A stretch of 64,000 bases of DNA, taken from the NCBI RefSeq assembly GCF_009914755.1, contig NC_060929.1; one strand, 5' to 3'. The stretch is from the human T2T-CHM13v2.0 reference genome, Homo sapiens. The first letter of the stretch is position 1. Every line of letters begins with the position of its first letter. The notes below the pieces were generated by a model that searched no databases, was not told the origin of the DNA, and was given only the letters and a program-made list of their open reading frames with translations. The translations under genes and the position numbers were made by a program. Positions 28,570 through 44,882 of this stretch are shown here, piece after piece.

Positions 28570-29349
28570 AGTCCTGAAATGTTATTACTTTCCTCTCTAA
28601 TCAAGTTTAGTAGTATACTTTCTTTTTGAATACACTTAATTGGACAAAAAAGTAATTCAAAGCACTATTTAATTTATACTAATGCATAAACCTTACAAAT
28701 CTGTAATTAATCTTAAAAATAATTAGGGTTATAATTTCTAAATTTTTCAAAGGATTTGTTCAATCTGTTTCTTTATCCATACAATGAAGACAACCATCAC
28801 AGGATGAGAAAGTATATGCAAAGCCATTAAAATTTTTACTTTTGCCTAAAAAATGCTTTATAAATATTTACTATAATTAATAATTACTGTACAGGACACA
28901 CTCTTTTCTTTCACAGAAGATGTTTATACTTTACCACATAAATTGTACATTTTTCATTACCTTTTTCTCTAAGCTCATTTTTTTCATGAGGTGTCAAATC
29001 TTTCTTCGAACACGAGACCTTTAAACACTAATTTTTAGCTCAATAAGTTTATGATGTATTTGTGTAACCATAAAACTTCAAGGATATTGCGTTTTTTTAA
29101 AATTACAGGTCTTTGTCAGAAAATACAAAGATTTACTCACACATCAAAACAAAGTAACTTCTAATTAAAAGAATACAATTAAATGGCTTAGACATTGAAA
29201 CTTTTTAAATAGCATTTCTCATTTTGAATAATTTAGTACATTCTAACCTCGTTTTCCACATTCATAGCTAAAACCTTGAAGTTAATCCAATTCTTCCTAC
29301 TCCATTCATTAATTTATTATACATTTTTATTATAAAATTTGGTATTTTC

Positions 29350-30170
29350 AGAATTGTAACTGTGAATGGACACATGCAGCAACCTCAGCCAGAGAAGTAT
29401 ATGATTACAGAGGTCTCAGTTCCTTTAGAAATTTAGATGTGGGCCACAACAGCTTCATGGGCATTTGACCTGGGCAATCACACTGGGCCTCATATTTAGA
29501 AGGCTTTCATGCATGGTTAACGATTGTGCTGTAATTGTCTTGAAATTCTTAATAATTTTTAAACAAGGAGCTTTGCATTTCATCTTGCACTGGGCACTTC
29601 AAATTATGTATCTGGTTCTGTTTCACAATGTTAGTAAGCTACTAAGTCCTGTGGTGATAGTTGAGTGTGGGGAGGTACAGCATGGATGGTGTAGGGGGAA
29701 GATAATGAGTACCAAGTTTACTCTGAAACCATCTGCAGTATTGGAGGCTATAATTCTTCCCACTAGACTCTCCTGTGAGTCTCCTTCCAGAAAGATGACC
29801 CCACAAGAACCATGGAAGTGGAGCTGCTTTGGAAACAGTCATGGAGAAGAGGATCTACATAGAACAAGAGATCCATGTGTGTTGTTTTGCTAATAGCCAC
29901 ATTCAAGAGAAACTTCCACAGAAGGAGTAACTGATTAGCAGCCTCCAACTCCTCCATGATCTTCAAAGAAGTTCACACAAGATTATGTGCCCCAGTGACT
30001 AAGCAATTTAGTGTAATTTGGCAGAATCAGAAAATTCTCCCCACTGCCAGATTGCTTTAACTCCTGTAATGGTAGACTGCTCAGGAACTCCCCATCAACT
30101 GTTTCTTTTTATATGTAAATAGATTAAATTCCTGCTGGTGTCATGAGTGACTTTTGTTTCTTTCACGCTG
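29350..30170 (+). mobile_element. ERVL-class internal 3' end / LTR remnant
   Basis: GTGAATGGACACATGCAGCAACCTCAGCCAGAGAAG...ATGTGGGCCAC, resuming GTAAGCTACTAAGTCC...GATAGTTGAGTGTGGGG after the MER91 insert. Confidence 0.5.
29445..29620 (+). mobile_element. MER91A-like hAT-Tip100 MITE
   Basis: GCTTCATGGGC...GTCTTGAAATTCTTAATAATTTTTAAACAAGG...TTGCACTGGGC...AAATTATGTATCTGGTTCTG. Confidence 0.75.
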
Positions 30171-30662
30171 CTTTGCTTATGTATATATATATATTTTTTC
30201 TACAAATATATGTGCTATTTTAATGACTTAAAATTTAATATTATTGGGAATCATCAAGATGAACATACTTTGTGACTTTTAAAGTAGAGATGAATACATT
30301 GACCCACTGGCACTTACTGTATATAAAATGTAAAGCTCTTAGCTTTATTTGTACTCTATCATCAGGAAAATGATTCCAGTTTAGGTGTAAAACAAAAACT
30401 TCCAGCATCCTTTCTGCAGGATTGTAAAAAAACAATCTCAGGTTTATTCCATGTTTCGTGATAGCTTTTCCAGGAACTGCTGCAGCTCTAAATCAGTAGG
30501 CAATGTATGTGGACAAAGATTATATTATTTGTATGTGCTCTTCATTTAGTTAGATTGTATTGATTGCACGTTCACATTTCATAGTTAGTACCTTTTAGAA
30601 TTAGCTACAACTTTTTCATTTCTGATTTAACCTTATAAATCATACTTTAAAATACTCAAACT

Positions 30663-30985
30663 GGCCAGGCAATGTGGCTCATGCGTGCAATCTCATCACT
30701 TTGGAAGGCCAAAGTGGGAGGATCACTTGAGGATAGAGGTTAGAGACCAGCCTGGGTAACATGATGAGACTCTGTCTCTACAAAAAATAAAAATAATAAA
30801 AAAAACTTAGCCAGGCATGATGCTGCAGACCTATAGTCCAAGCTACTTAAGGAGACTGAGGCAGGAGACTCACTTGAACACAGAAGTCCAAGGCTTCAGA
30901 GAGTGACGATCACACCACTTTACTCCAGCCTGGGTGAAAGAGTGAGACCCTGTCTCAAAATAAAATAAATAAAATAAAACAAAAC
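30663..30985 (+). mobile_element. AluJ
   Basis: GGGAGGATCACTTGAGG; GAGACCCTGTCTC; degenerate TSD AAAATACTCAAAC/AAAATATTCAGAC. Confidence 0.9.
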
Positions 30986-31249
30986 AAAATATTCAGACAT
31001 ATGAGCATATAAGCAAAAATCTTATTGAATGAAATATTCTGCACTTCATATTTCTCTTGACATACTATTTCATGAAAATATTATTTTTGAGTGCTGGGAA
31101 AGAAAATAGAAGAAAACATAATTTAGAGGCAAACTTTATTAGAAAATATTTAGGATAATCAAAAAAACTAAATGTAAGTAAGATTTCTTTAATCTCGATT
31201 CGTAATTATTACAAACATATGTAGTTAGTTAAGTTTCTATAGCAAGTAT

Positions 31250-31810
31250 ATTGAGGCTCATTATTAAATCCTCCTTTGGCTGTTTCGCTTCTTCATTTCG
31301 AATCAGTCAGATAATCTTGCCAACTCTGTGTTTTAAATCTTTCTGGAAGCTCTCATCCCTACCCTATTTCCACTGGCACTGGGCTAGTGCTAGTGCTCAT
31401 TATCTCTTGGATCAGATGCTCAAATTGTGGCCTCTCCTGTGACCATCCTCCAAGTTGCTGCCAGTGTGATTTTTCTGAGATGGAAATAGCTGCAGTGTGA
31501 TTGTTCTAAGATGGAAATATGGTAATACCGCTGCAATTTACATATGTCATTGACTTCATAGTCTAATTCAAAATAAAATTCTTCTTTGGCAATATATCCA
31601 AGACCTTTGGTGATTTTGCTCCTGCTTGCTTCTTAACCCCACCCCTGTCAGTTCTCTCTATAAAAACTTTCTGCTCTAACTCTGCTGAACTACTTGTCAT
31701 TGTTCAAAGGTTCCATGAGTTTGCACAACCCTGCAAGTTACATTTTCTGTTGCCACCACCTGGAACATATTCCTTTCCTACTCAGTTTCAAAAATTACAA
31801 CTCCTTCCCT
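31250..31810 (+). mobile_element. L2 fragment
   Basis: CCATCCTCCAAGTTGCTGCCAGTGTGATTTTTCT...; TGAACTACTTG; CCTGGAACATATTCC. Confidence 0.55.
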
Positions 31811-32302
31811 TTTTCCATATGTATTGTTTTCTAAAGCTTATAATTAACATGTGGATGCATTATTATTTTAAAAATACCTCAATGCAAAAACACATGATTT
31901 ATTTCCTTTTAAATACTTCAATAGATATATTAAATTTGTTCCCCATTTATATACTAAATGCTCTTTTATTCCCCATTTAAGAATACGAAATAATTTCAGA
32001 TGACATCTACTCTCACATGGGTTCACAGATTTCCTCCCAGCAAGCAAGCAGATAAAAGAACAGACAATTTATCCTGAGTTAAACACTTCCTTCTCCACCA
32101 TTTGCTAGATGTTGAACAAATCTCTATCAGGAATATCCCTGTATTGTATTTGGCAAACACTATAATGTGTCCAGGAGATTCCTAAAGTCAGAGATCCTGT
32201 TCCTTTTCATATCCTAAACATCATAAATGTTACTTGCTACATGGTACGTGTCCATGTAATATTTGTACAGAGAATGAGAGAAGTCAAATAATTAGGAACT
32301 AA

Positions 32303-32717
<415 letters not shown>

Positions 32718-33170
32718 TAATTGTTCATACAATTATCCTTGATTATATTCTTGTGTAAATCTTATAAGTATTAACATACAGTTCACTTCAACAACGTTAT
32801 CATGTGTCTGTGTCTCAGGTGCATTGTTAGTTACTTGGAATAGCATAAATAAAACACTGACCTTTTATTAAACATGCTTTGATATTATGAGGGGTTAATT
32901 ATATAATGGTTGAAACTGTTAACTATATTTTTTGCTACCTACAATTTAATTACCTAATAAGATATTTGGAGGTAAAATCCAATAATCCATGGCTTAGTCT
33001 TTTTTTTAAAATCTTTTGAATATATTCAAAATATGCATAATGTTGCAGGAATATGAGGAAATTTATGTATAAAATTGATTGAACAAAATGGTTACTCAGT
33101 TAATACCTGTGGATTGATTGAACAGATCATTAATATGAATGAATAAGGGGATTACAGTGTACACTCTATA

Positions 33171-33848
<678 letters not shown>

Positions 33849-34044
33849 TTTTTGTAAATAGAGCATGGTACTTCAATATAACAACAAAAAAGAATGAATA
33901 GGTGGAATTACTTAGGGTTTATCAACCTACTTTTTGCATGCAACATATAAAAATACTTAATATAAATTCCTTATACTTCCCAGTAAGCTATATTATTATA
34001 GTTTGTCTGCAAGTTACAACAATATAAATATTAATAAAATCAGT

Positions 34045-34351
34045 GTTTTTTTTATTTTTAATTTTTTTTAAGATGGAGTCTCAGTCTGTCACCCAGGCTG
34101 GAGAGCAGTGGCAAGATCTCGGTTCACTATGACCCTCACCTCCCAGGTTTAAGCGATTTTCCTGCCTCAGCCTCCCGAGTAGCTCGCATTACAGGTACCC
34201 ACCACCACACCTGGCTATATTTTGTATTTTTAGTAGACATGGAGTTTCACCATGTTGGCAAGGCTGGTCTCGAACTCCTGACCTTAACTGATACATCTGC
34301 CTCAGCCTCCCAAAGTACTGGGATTATAAGCATGAGCCATTGCACTTGGCC
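34045..34351 (-). mobile_element. AluS
   Basis: Antisense dimer GATGGAGTCTCAGTCTGTCACCCAGGCTGG...TTGCACTTGGCC. Confidence 0.92.
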
Positions 34352-34673
34352 TAAAGTCAATGTTTTTTAATATATAAGATTTCTTTAAGAAATTAATACT
34401 AGTGAAATATCTGAATGAGGATAGGCTTGTAGCATTTACTTTTCACACATCAGATGGGAAGCCCACTCACTAAGAACCATCCACAGTGCCACACATGGTC
34501 CATTCTAGTTAGTTCTATGATCCTACTTTCCCTTCCTCCATTAAACTGTATCTCTTTTTATTAACAATTTTTCAGAGTTCTGATCTGATCTCTGCATTAT
34601 ACATTGATTAAAATAATTTCTGAATGGCTAATATTTTTGCAAATCCCTTAAACAGGCTCTTTTATATTACCAT

Positions 34674-35225
34674 GTGTGTTAGTTGCCTAATGTTATGTTC
34701 CATAACAAATCAACACAAATTTATAAGCTTAATACGACAAAAACATTGTCTCATGTTTCTGTTTGCCTGGCTCTCACAAGGCCAAAGTCAAGGTTGTATT
34801 CCTTTCTAGAAGATCTTGGAGACCATCCACTTCTGGGCTTATGCAGAATGTTAGTAGGATTCACTTGCTCATAGTTGTAGGGCTAAGGCCTCTGTTTTCT
34901 TGTAGACTATTTCTGTGAAATCTGGGATTGTTCATAGCTTCTTGAGGCTGCTAACGTTTTTTGGCTCCTGGCCCTGTTCCTTGTGCTTCAAATCATTCAG
35001 GCCTTACATTTCCAACTGACTATTCTGTTTTCCTCTTTAATATTTAAGGGCTTATATGATTCCATTAGCTCCATTCAGACAATGCAAGATAATCTTCCTA
35101 TTTGAAATCTAAGGATAGCAAACATAATCCATCGGCAAAGTCCCTTTACAGCAGAGCCTATCTTAGTGTTGAATAGCCAGCGAACAGGAACCTTGGGAAG
35201 ATATTTTACAATTCTGTTCACAGAA
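34674..35225 (-). mobile_element. MLT1E-like MaLR LTR
   Basis: TGTGTTAGTTGCCTA...CATAACAAATCAACACAAATT...GGCTCTCACAAGGCCAAAGTCAAGG...CAAGATAATCTTCCTATTT. Confidence 0.65.
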
Positions 35226-38200
35226 TGTGAACACAATGCAATGACTTTTTTTTTTCCTCATAGAAAGTATATTAAATAAATGGACTACAAATATTGAGCA
35301 CTTTTTAGCACATTATTCTACAATGATGCTCTGTCTCGAAAACAAGAGTCCAAACAAGCTTGGGAAAACAAGAAAGACCATGCATTCCTCATTACAAGTC
35401 TCATCCTCCCGCTCTGTCTTAGGTATTTTGCTGTTGTAAGTTTCTATTAAATATAGGTTAAATCTTGCTTTGCCCTATATTGCCCATTTCTTTGCTAAAT
35501 GGTGTAAATGATTTTCAATCAGTCTCTTAAAACAAGCCAAAAAGTATCCTTGAGGATAAGTATTAAGAGTGCATAATGCTTTTTCCATTTGCAATGCAAT
35601 TTTAACCCTTGGGAACTTCAGAGACTCAAGTATAAAGTGTGTGAGTATATGGCTATTATGTAAACTCAATCAGCAAAAAGAGCCATATTCACCTACCATC
35701 ATTCAGAAGTTGAGGGACCCCATTTATGTCAGCTAGAATATATATTCACATACAAAACAAAATGAAAATCAAAAGCAATTTAAATGACAGATTGACAAAT
35801 CAATAAGGCAACAAATATTTCAGAGGAAGTTCAAGGCTAGTACATATAGTTCTGTCTTCCTGCTCTGCCCTCTTTAGCGTGGGGGTTCTAGTCTCCCAGT
35901 CATAGAATGCAGCTGAATTTCTGACACTCTGCCCTTTTCCAGGCATAAAGAAGGGGAATGGATGAAAAAACAATGTACAGGTCCCTGGAATCTGGCCATC
36001 CTTTAAGGTATTCACCAAAACTCTACTTAGTGACTTATTTTCATCTCCTTGTTGGGACCATGGCATATTGCATTCTTTAGATAAAAGATGACTAGACAAA
36101 TAGTGGGGCCAAATAGGTTGAGTTGGTGAACACCATTGTATTTGACACATTATCAACAAGTGAAGGCAATTGAGTCTATATTTCAATTTTTTTGTCTTAT
36201 ATTTAATAGAGAAAATAAGGGAGATTGGACCCATTTGATGAACTATTCTATGTTGTCCTGAAATTATTATGTCATTTGGATTGAAGGAATAAAGAGGATT
36301 GAATAGTCAAGAGGCTTCAGATAAGAAATGTAGAAAAGTAATTGCCAAAGAATGACTGATATGAATGTATATTTTTTTGTTTTATATCAAATTAAATCTT
36401 GTAAATAGCTTTAGCTTGACTTTCTGCTATGTTTCTGTTATTTTTGTTTCATATTATTTCTATAATTAGGTTAAGTTAATGTAAGTTGATATATGTTAAT
36501 TCATACTATATTAAAACATCTAACTTTTGTAATATTATGTGACCGTTAACATTTTCTATAGCAGAGACCATTTAACAACAACGATTAAAAGCATGCTATT
36601 TTATACTTTCAGTTGTCTTAGTCCTTGAACTTAAAAATATGTAACCCCAGATCAATTAAAGTTAATACAAAGAATTTGTTTGGACCAGGAAAATTTAAAA
36701 AAAAGCTTTTTACTTCAATTCTGTTTTGTCCAAATGGCATAGGGCAAATGATGGGAAAAAAGCAAGAGGTGCAAGAGCTGAGGAAAAAGCAAGAGATACA
36801 AAACAATGACCTCTTAAACAGCTTGGCATTGTAACAACTATAGTCATTTGGAAACATTTTGGACCCTGAACCAAAGGACTCTATTATTATGTAGAATATG
36901 AGTGTCAAAATTTATAAGAGTAATCCTGAAATTGAAGGGTAAATTACTTAGCTATTATAATTTAACATTCTTGAGTGTTTATTTTAAAGTATACTACACA
37001 ATATAAATACACATCTGGCTTTGTATTTCCCAACAACACATTGATTTTCAGCTATTTCAGTAATGGAATAGATCTCAACAAAGTACCATTTTATGATAGA
37101 AGTAATCATTTTTAGCGAGTTATCTATTTAATGCTACATCAAATTGTGAGAAATTTACTACTTTTATTTAGAAGCTGCCCTATTTTATATGCAAAAATTT
37201 TGTTTAAGCTGTTCCAAGGGCATGATATTTCAAGGGATTCTCCTATAATACATTTTCTTTGTATCTTTTGCTAGCATTTAAACGTTCTAGCAGTTAATAC
37301 ACATTAATAATTTAAAATTAGTCAGGTGAGAAGTTGTGTTTCCAAGATGGTGACATCTAGGAGACAGATTAAGTTCCAAACATGCTATAGTATAGTTATA
37401 AACAGATAAGATACTTTTTCAAACAAAAATAATTTTGGTAGACATACCCAGACACTGGTAACAACAGTTTAGCTAAAAAACTGACAAACTGGGAGGAGAA
37501 TTGCAGGCTGGCAGGACCATGTGAAACACCTGGAGAGTGTGGAATGTGAGGGAGTCCTCATGCTCTGGCAGGTTCTTTCTCCATGAACCTCTCTGGCCTC
37601 TCACAGAAAAGGCCTAAAATAATCACTAAGAAGTGCCCAGTGTCATGGAGAACAGAGGGAGAAAACAACAGCCACGTAAGAGGAACAAGTACCACTACCC
37701 CTATCATCCGCCTCTATCTCCATGACAAAACAAAAGCCTTAATCTGTAAGAAGACAAGTAACACTACTGGCCTTATGGCACTGGCTAGTTTTAAGATCCT
37801 TATACCACAGGTGAAGCAGCATATAATTTGAAGGCAGAACCTGCTTAATTAAAGATATAGTCATTAAAGATGTAAAGATGTATATTTTAAATCCCAGATA
37901 AATCACTAAAAAATATAAAATATGTATCAGTAATAAATCAATGGAGGAGGTAAAATGACATAATCTAGTTTATCATTGTTTATTGATGTCAAGGTATGTA
38001 GAGCGTGGGTAAAAATAGAAAAGATGAAATGAGTAGAAAACATCTGGAAGTTGCTAAATTTTTAATCCAACAATATCCATAATCAAATTAAACATGAATG
38101 GCCTAAATATAACTTTCTAAAGACAGCAATTTTCAGATTGGATCAAATAGCAAACTATAATTTTATATTGTCTATAAAAGTGCAGTTAATTTATAAAGAC

Positions 38201-38868
38201 AGAGATAAGTTAAAAATAATAAGATGAATAAAGACATACTACACAAACATCCCTCCAAAATTAAAATAGTTATATTAATATCAAAAAAGTAGACTAGCAC
38301 AAGGAATAATGTCAGGAATAGAAGGAGCCATGATTAAGGGTCAATTCTGTAAGGAGAGATAATGGGTCTAAGTGTATGTATTCCTAATAACAGTTTCAAA
38401 ATAAATAAGACAAAAATTGATGTTAGAAAACAAGTAGGCAAATCTAAAATTATAATTGCAGATTTCAATAATATTCTCTCAGTAATTGATAGAACAATTT
38501 GACAGAAAATCAGTAATAATATAGAAGACTTGCTAGCAAGCAAATATGCTGATTAACACTTATAAAACATGCTTCCCAGCAACAGCGGTATACACATTCT
38601 TTTCAAGGGCATACTGAACATTCTCCAAGGTAAACCATAATCTAAGCCATCAAAAACAACAACAAAAACAACAGCAACCAAAAACACCCAACCAACTTAA
38701 AATAGTATAAATCATACCAATTATATTCTAATAACATAATGAAAATTAGCTAGAAATTAATAACAGACATATATTTTAAAACCTCAAATTCTTAGAAATT
38801 AAATAACCCATTTCTAAATAACAGGGTTAAAGAACACATCTCAAAACTCATTAAAAATAGTTGAAACT

Positions 38869-39198
<330 letters not shown>

Positions 39199-39484
39199 TC
39201 AACGTATCAAAGTATGTGGAATATTGTTAAAGCAATGTTTTCAGGGTAATTTATATCATTAAATATTTATATTAGAAATATCTCAGATTAATAATCTAAT
39301 CTGTCAGTTTAATAAATTTAAAGAAAGTAAAATAAGCCCAAAGAAAGCAGAAAGAACAAAATAATAAACATTAGAGAAGGAACTAATAAAGTCAAAAATG
39401 GAAAAAAATAGACAAAATCAATGTAAGTGAAAGATTATTTTTTAAAAATTTCGGTAAAATTGATAAACCTCTACTTATAGTGAC

Positions 39485-39890
39485 TGATATGGTTTGGATC
39501 TATGTCCCCACCCAAACCTCATCTAGTCCCCGATGTTGGAGGAAAGGCCGGTGGGGGAAGGTTATTGGATCATGGGAGTAGATCCTTTATGAATGTTTTA
39601 GCACCATCCCCCTACTGCTGTTCTCATGATCGAGTTCTCATGAGATCTGGTTGTTTAAAAAGTGTGTAGCACCTTCCCTCACCCCTTCCTCCTGCTTGGG
39701 CCACGCAAGATGCGCCTGCTTCCCCTTCACCTTCCGCCATGATTGTTAATCTCCTGAGGCCTTCCCAGAAGCAGAAACCACTATGCTTCCTGTATAGCCT
39801 GCACAACTGTGAGCCAATTAAACCTCTTTTCTATATAGATTACCCAGTCTCAGGTATTCCTTTATAGTGGTGTGAGAATGGACTAACACA
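39485..39890 (+). mobile_element. MSTA-like MaLR solo LTR
   Basis: TGATATGGTTTGGATCTATGTCCCCACCCAAA...GAGAATGGACTAACACA; TSD GTGAC at 39480-39484 and 39891-39895. Confidence 0.92.
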
Positions 39891-41439
39891 GTGACCAAGA
39901 AAAAAAAGAGAGAGAAAAAAGAATTGCCCATAGTAAGAATGGGAAATAGAGGGCTGTCACTACTGACAACCTCAGCTCTCAGAGGAGTCCCTTGTCTTCC
40001 AGGAATCTGCATTAGGGTCAGCTTGTGACCTCACTGTAAACACAGTGATAAATTAAGAGTGATTTTTCTGTGAACCCATAGTCAAGTTCATTCCCTGGAT
40101 TTTATGGTCTTTAAAGAAAATTCTCATGGCCACCACTACTTCAAAAACCTACGTGTTATGCAAATAAAGGGGGCGTAGGGCCATTATGGATTAGAAGAGA
40201 CGAAAAAAGTTATGGCCAAGAAATCCAATATGTGATCTTTTTTTTAAATCTTGTATCAAAAGCAAACAGGAAATACAAACATCTATGAAACATATTCAGT
40301 GGGCTATTTAAGGAAAATTGGTATATTGGCTACATGGCATGTATATTAAAAACCATTTTTTGTGTTTCAGTGTTAAATTATTGAGTGTAACAATTATACT
40401 CAAGAAGTGATTAGGTAGAATATTTTTTAAAAGGAGATACATGTTAAAATACTTAAAGAGTGACATAACTAAAAACTAGTTTCAAATAATAAATGCGTAA
40501 TCAAAATCTATATTGTGTGTGCATTTATGTTTAAATAGAGAGGGAGAGAAGTAAAGGATATATAGCAAATACTGAAATCTGGAGAATCCAGGTAAAGATA
40601 GGTAAAAGTAAGCTTTTAATTTTCTGAAACTTTCTTTTTTTTAAAAAAGTAAAATTTGTGGTAAAAATAATAACTGTATAAAGCATTCTTATTTTCAGCA
40701 GTTTTTAAAAGAGACAACAACCTCATGATCCTTATTTTTTTTTCGCTACAGTGTTCAATTTCCTAAGCCGTTATATATTTCAGCTCCTCGCTTTCCACCT
40801 GTACCTCATCCAAATTACAGGTGAAAGTTTGTAATTTAGCTACTACTTGGCATTCTTATTGGTTTCAGTTGAGGGTAAAATCCAGTTCCAAAATTGTACC
40901 TTGAAGATTAGCGTTGTAACTATCCACTGGTGGCTCGATCTTTCCAGAAAGTTGAGGCTGGGGCAAAGGAGTTATGTTCGACTTCAGGGAGCAAAGTGAG
41001 AGGCAAAGTTGGGAAAAGCAGGGGAAGAAAAGAGAACCAATACAAGAATGGATATTGAATTGCTTACTACTAAGTGGGAAAAATTGTGGAATACTATGAT
41101 TACTCTTCATGTTTATTAACTTCATTTGAGGATCTTCTTTTGGAGAGGAGAAATGGGAATCAACTTGTCCACAAATTCTGAATTTTATTGTTCCAGGTTT
41201 ACCCCTGGGGCATTAGCTCCCACACACATTTAGGTGATGCAAGAGAAAGCACAATTGAGACCTTACACCAGCTTTAACTGATAAGTCCTCAATGAAGGTA
41301 GGAGGGGCACCGGAGGTATTTTTCAAAGCACTGATGTGCCAACATGAAAGTTTTTGTGGTTCAAATAGAGCTTGTGGACACCTAGGAAACAGAAACAGGA
41401 GACAGTGAGGAAGAGAAGATCTGAATTATCAAGTATGCA

Positions 41440-41916
41440 TGTGTAGGAATGGAAACAGTGGAGGTTGGACTTGTGGAGTCCCTCCTAACATATAGAATAT
41501 AGCAGAAAACATGCCTTTTCATATCCAACATGACTGTAAAAGGACTTCAGCTTCTATCCTGAATGGTCTCTCTCACTCTCGCTTGAATGTTCTCACCCTT
41601 GGGAAAGCCAGCTGCCATGCTATGGAGTAGCTCTACAGAGAGGCTCTCATGTCAAAGAACGGAGGCACACCAACATCTGTATCAATGAGCTTAGAAGTGG
41701 CTTTACAAGCCCTGCACCCAAACCGTGCGTTTTTAGATGTGACCACAGACTCAGCAGGCCAACAGCTTGAATATAATCTGAGAATAGACCTAGAGACACA
41801 GGCTCTCAACTAAGAGACAGTGAGATTCCTGACACTGAGAAACTGTTAGAAAATGCATAATTATTGTTTTAAGTCGTTACATTTGCAGTAATTTCTTACA
41901 CAGAAATAAATAATAC
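41440..41916 (+). mobile_element. MLT1E/F-like MaLR LTR
   Basis: GGGAAAGCCAGCTGCCATG; terminus TTGTTTTAAGTCGTTACATTTGCAGTAATTTCTTACACAGAAATAAATAATACA. Confidence 0.7.
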
Positions 41917-44882
41917 ACTCTCCTCTCGTATCCGTCTCTGCGAGCTGTGCCCCAGGCACAAAGCCTTAGGTTCTCCAATGCACCGTATTTTCCCTGATGT
42001 CTGAAGCTTCCTAACAGTGCCACCCAGATAAAATGCTCACTCTTAATACGTCTAAATAACCGCAGCTGCTGCCTAAAATGTAAACTGGCAAATACATGCC
42101 CTTGCAATATATTGTCATGATGTTTTATGCGTTTTTAATGTAAACTATCATAGTTCAGAATTATACTTTTTAATGATTATTTGACAAATTCCTGAAGTGC
42201 CCATTAAATCGTAACCTTCATGAAGACACGGTAATTTTTTTTTTCATTCTAGCATTTGACTAGGTCCTAACAGAGTTTTTTATTGGTATGTATTTATTCA
42301 ACAACTTATGATTTCATGAGAGGCATATCCATTAGATAGGTGGTATAAAACTATGACAATTTACAGGTACGTTACCTGGAAAATTCTAGTAACACAACAA
42401 CAAAATTAAAAAGAAGGCATTTGTTAAATTGTCTGGAGATCCAACTACATGCCCAAACTATTACTTTTCCTAATGAAAACTCATAGTCAGATAGGAAATA
42501 TAATGGAAAAAAAAATCTTTTGAAGTAGAACCAAAAAAACCCTTATAATCTTATCAAGAAATTTGTAGAACTTCAATATTATTGAAGATTATTGAAAGTC
42601 TTAAAAGAACAGTTCAATAAATAGAAATAAATATAGTTATCTTGTTTGTGCATGGGAAGACTGTATGTTACAAATATGTTTCTGTTAGCCATATAATATA
42701 CTAATATGATATTATATTTATAAATTACATGAAATATGTATATGTTTTTAATTTTCGCTATTAAAATTAATGATGACTCTGAATGGAACTGTTAGGTAAG
42801 AAGCGTTATCTGTGGGAGAGGTCTGTAATGTCAGAGGGTACTTTCATTGCTACCTACCTAACATCAGACAAATAGCTTCCTTTTTCTTAGACTAAATTCT
42901 TTATTACAGATAGGAATTTAATTTAGTAGAAACTCCTTTAAGATTTTTTATAAGGATTATGAAAAATCATTAATGTAAGTTCATAGCAGATCACCTGACA
43001 ATTGCAAGGCAATTAATTTATATTTGCTATTGTTAGTGTTATTATTGTTACTGTTATTGGTATAATTAGTGCTGCTACAGCATTATGAAATGGATAATTC
43101 CTGTTGTGCCTTTTAATTGCATGGTAAAATGAGGACATACCATTTTTGAGCAGCGTCTCTCATCAAAATCACCTGGAATTCTTTTTAAGAATTTAGTCTT
43201 GTGTGTGTGTACCACATTATCATATTTGGGAACGGGGATCTGGAAATCCAATTTTTTTAAAGTGATTTTTCATTCACACTCAAGTTATAAATGGTAAATA
43301 TGACAGTGTTAGCTTGTGAATTAAAGTTAGATTCTTGATGGGAATTCTAATCTACATGCAATTTAAATTCTAGGAAGTATCTAATTTTAATTTCTTTAAA
43401 GCCAAATGACTTTTCTTTTCTACTAATCAAATTCAAATTTATTTTATTGGTGTATTATTTCTTGCTTAATTTTTTAAAAGCATTTTTAAGATGAATTCAT
43501 TAATCATACCCTTAATTTTAGTTAATGGAGAACTAAATTCCAGAAAATGGGTATGTAATTACAGTAAAATTAATCATAATAAAGTTAAAATAATCACATT
43601 TAAGGATGTGCAATCTCTTCTAATAGGGATTTGATTTCAACTTATATTTAAATAATTCCAAATATAATTCAAAGTACTCTAGTAATATATATGAAGTTAA
43701 ACACTAACTGCTGTTAACTGTTTATTCTGTTCCCTCCTGGTAATATTTATAAAAAAGGAATGTGAAATTTGGGGGTTCAAGATGGCTGACTAAGAATATG
43801 TGTTAAGTTCTTTTTAAAATCACATTGAAATTACAAAACATCCACAAACTAAAATAAATAAGCCATCCAAGAAACTAAGAGTATTCCCTTGTAAGAATAA
43901 ATTATTGAGATACTTCTATACAATACAAAGCCAACAAAATCAGAAGACAAATCTTAGCAAAAATATCCGCAATACAATATAGGCAAAATTAAGAAACCTC
44001 AAAATACTGAGATTTCGAAGCCTGATTCCTCAGATGCATCAGACCTGGAAACTGGAAGAGAATGGTCTTATAGTCAAGTGTAACTTTTATTAGTGTTGTT
44101 CCAGTTACACCTGTTATAATCTTCTGTATCTAGAGCATTTATTCCAGAATAAAAGAGATTCAGTCAGATTCTCAGAGAAGGTATTGGAGCTAGAGAGAGT
44201 GTTTAGAGCTGGGAGGTGTTTAGGACTATTTCTTGTTCCTGTAGGAAAATATCTTCCTTCCTATTCAACAGGAAAGCTGGACCAGACTCCAATGTGCAGT
44301 TACAATCAAAATCATAACTCACGTAAACTGAAACTGTATCTATTGTTTGGAAAAGAAAAATATTTAATATTGGACTTAGGGATTAAAAAGAAGCTACCTA
44401 AACAACTATTAACATTGGTAAATGTTAACCACTGTTATAAATTTATACAGAAAACTTATACTTGCCAAATATTTGAGAAGAGTATAGAAGAGAAATACCA
44501 GCTGGAACATATGAAATAATTATCTGTTATATAGAAGAATTAATGCAAAAAATGCAATTAACTTAATCAACATATTTATTAGTGTTTGAGAAGATGGCAT
44601 TCCTACGAAGAATACCCTTATATGAAACCTAGTGATCAGTTTCAGAATTTAAAATAAATGCAAATGCAATCTCAACAACATAGACCCTGGTGAAAAATAT
44701 AGGGAGAATATAAAATAAACAAAGAATTCAGATAAATAATTAGTAGGATGTTTCACTGAATTAAAAATCTTTAAAAATTGACGGCACTTTCATTTGAAAC
44801 AGGTGAAAATAGTAAACACCCTAAATAATTATAAAATTATATGTACTGTAGAAAAAAGACATATTTACAATTTAAAAAATTT

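Noticed and set aside
29465-29893. 142-aa ORF, and similar-length ORFs at 22323-22688, 35800-36234, 44184-44519, 50630-50965
   Set aside because: No recognisable domains; several use non-ATG starts or run across TE boundaries; lengths are compatible with chance.
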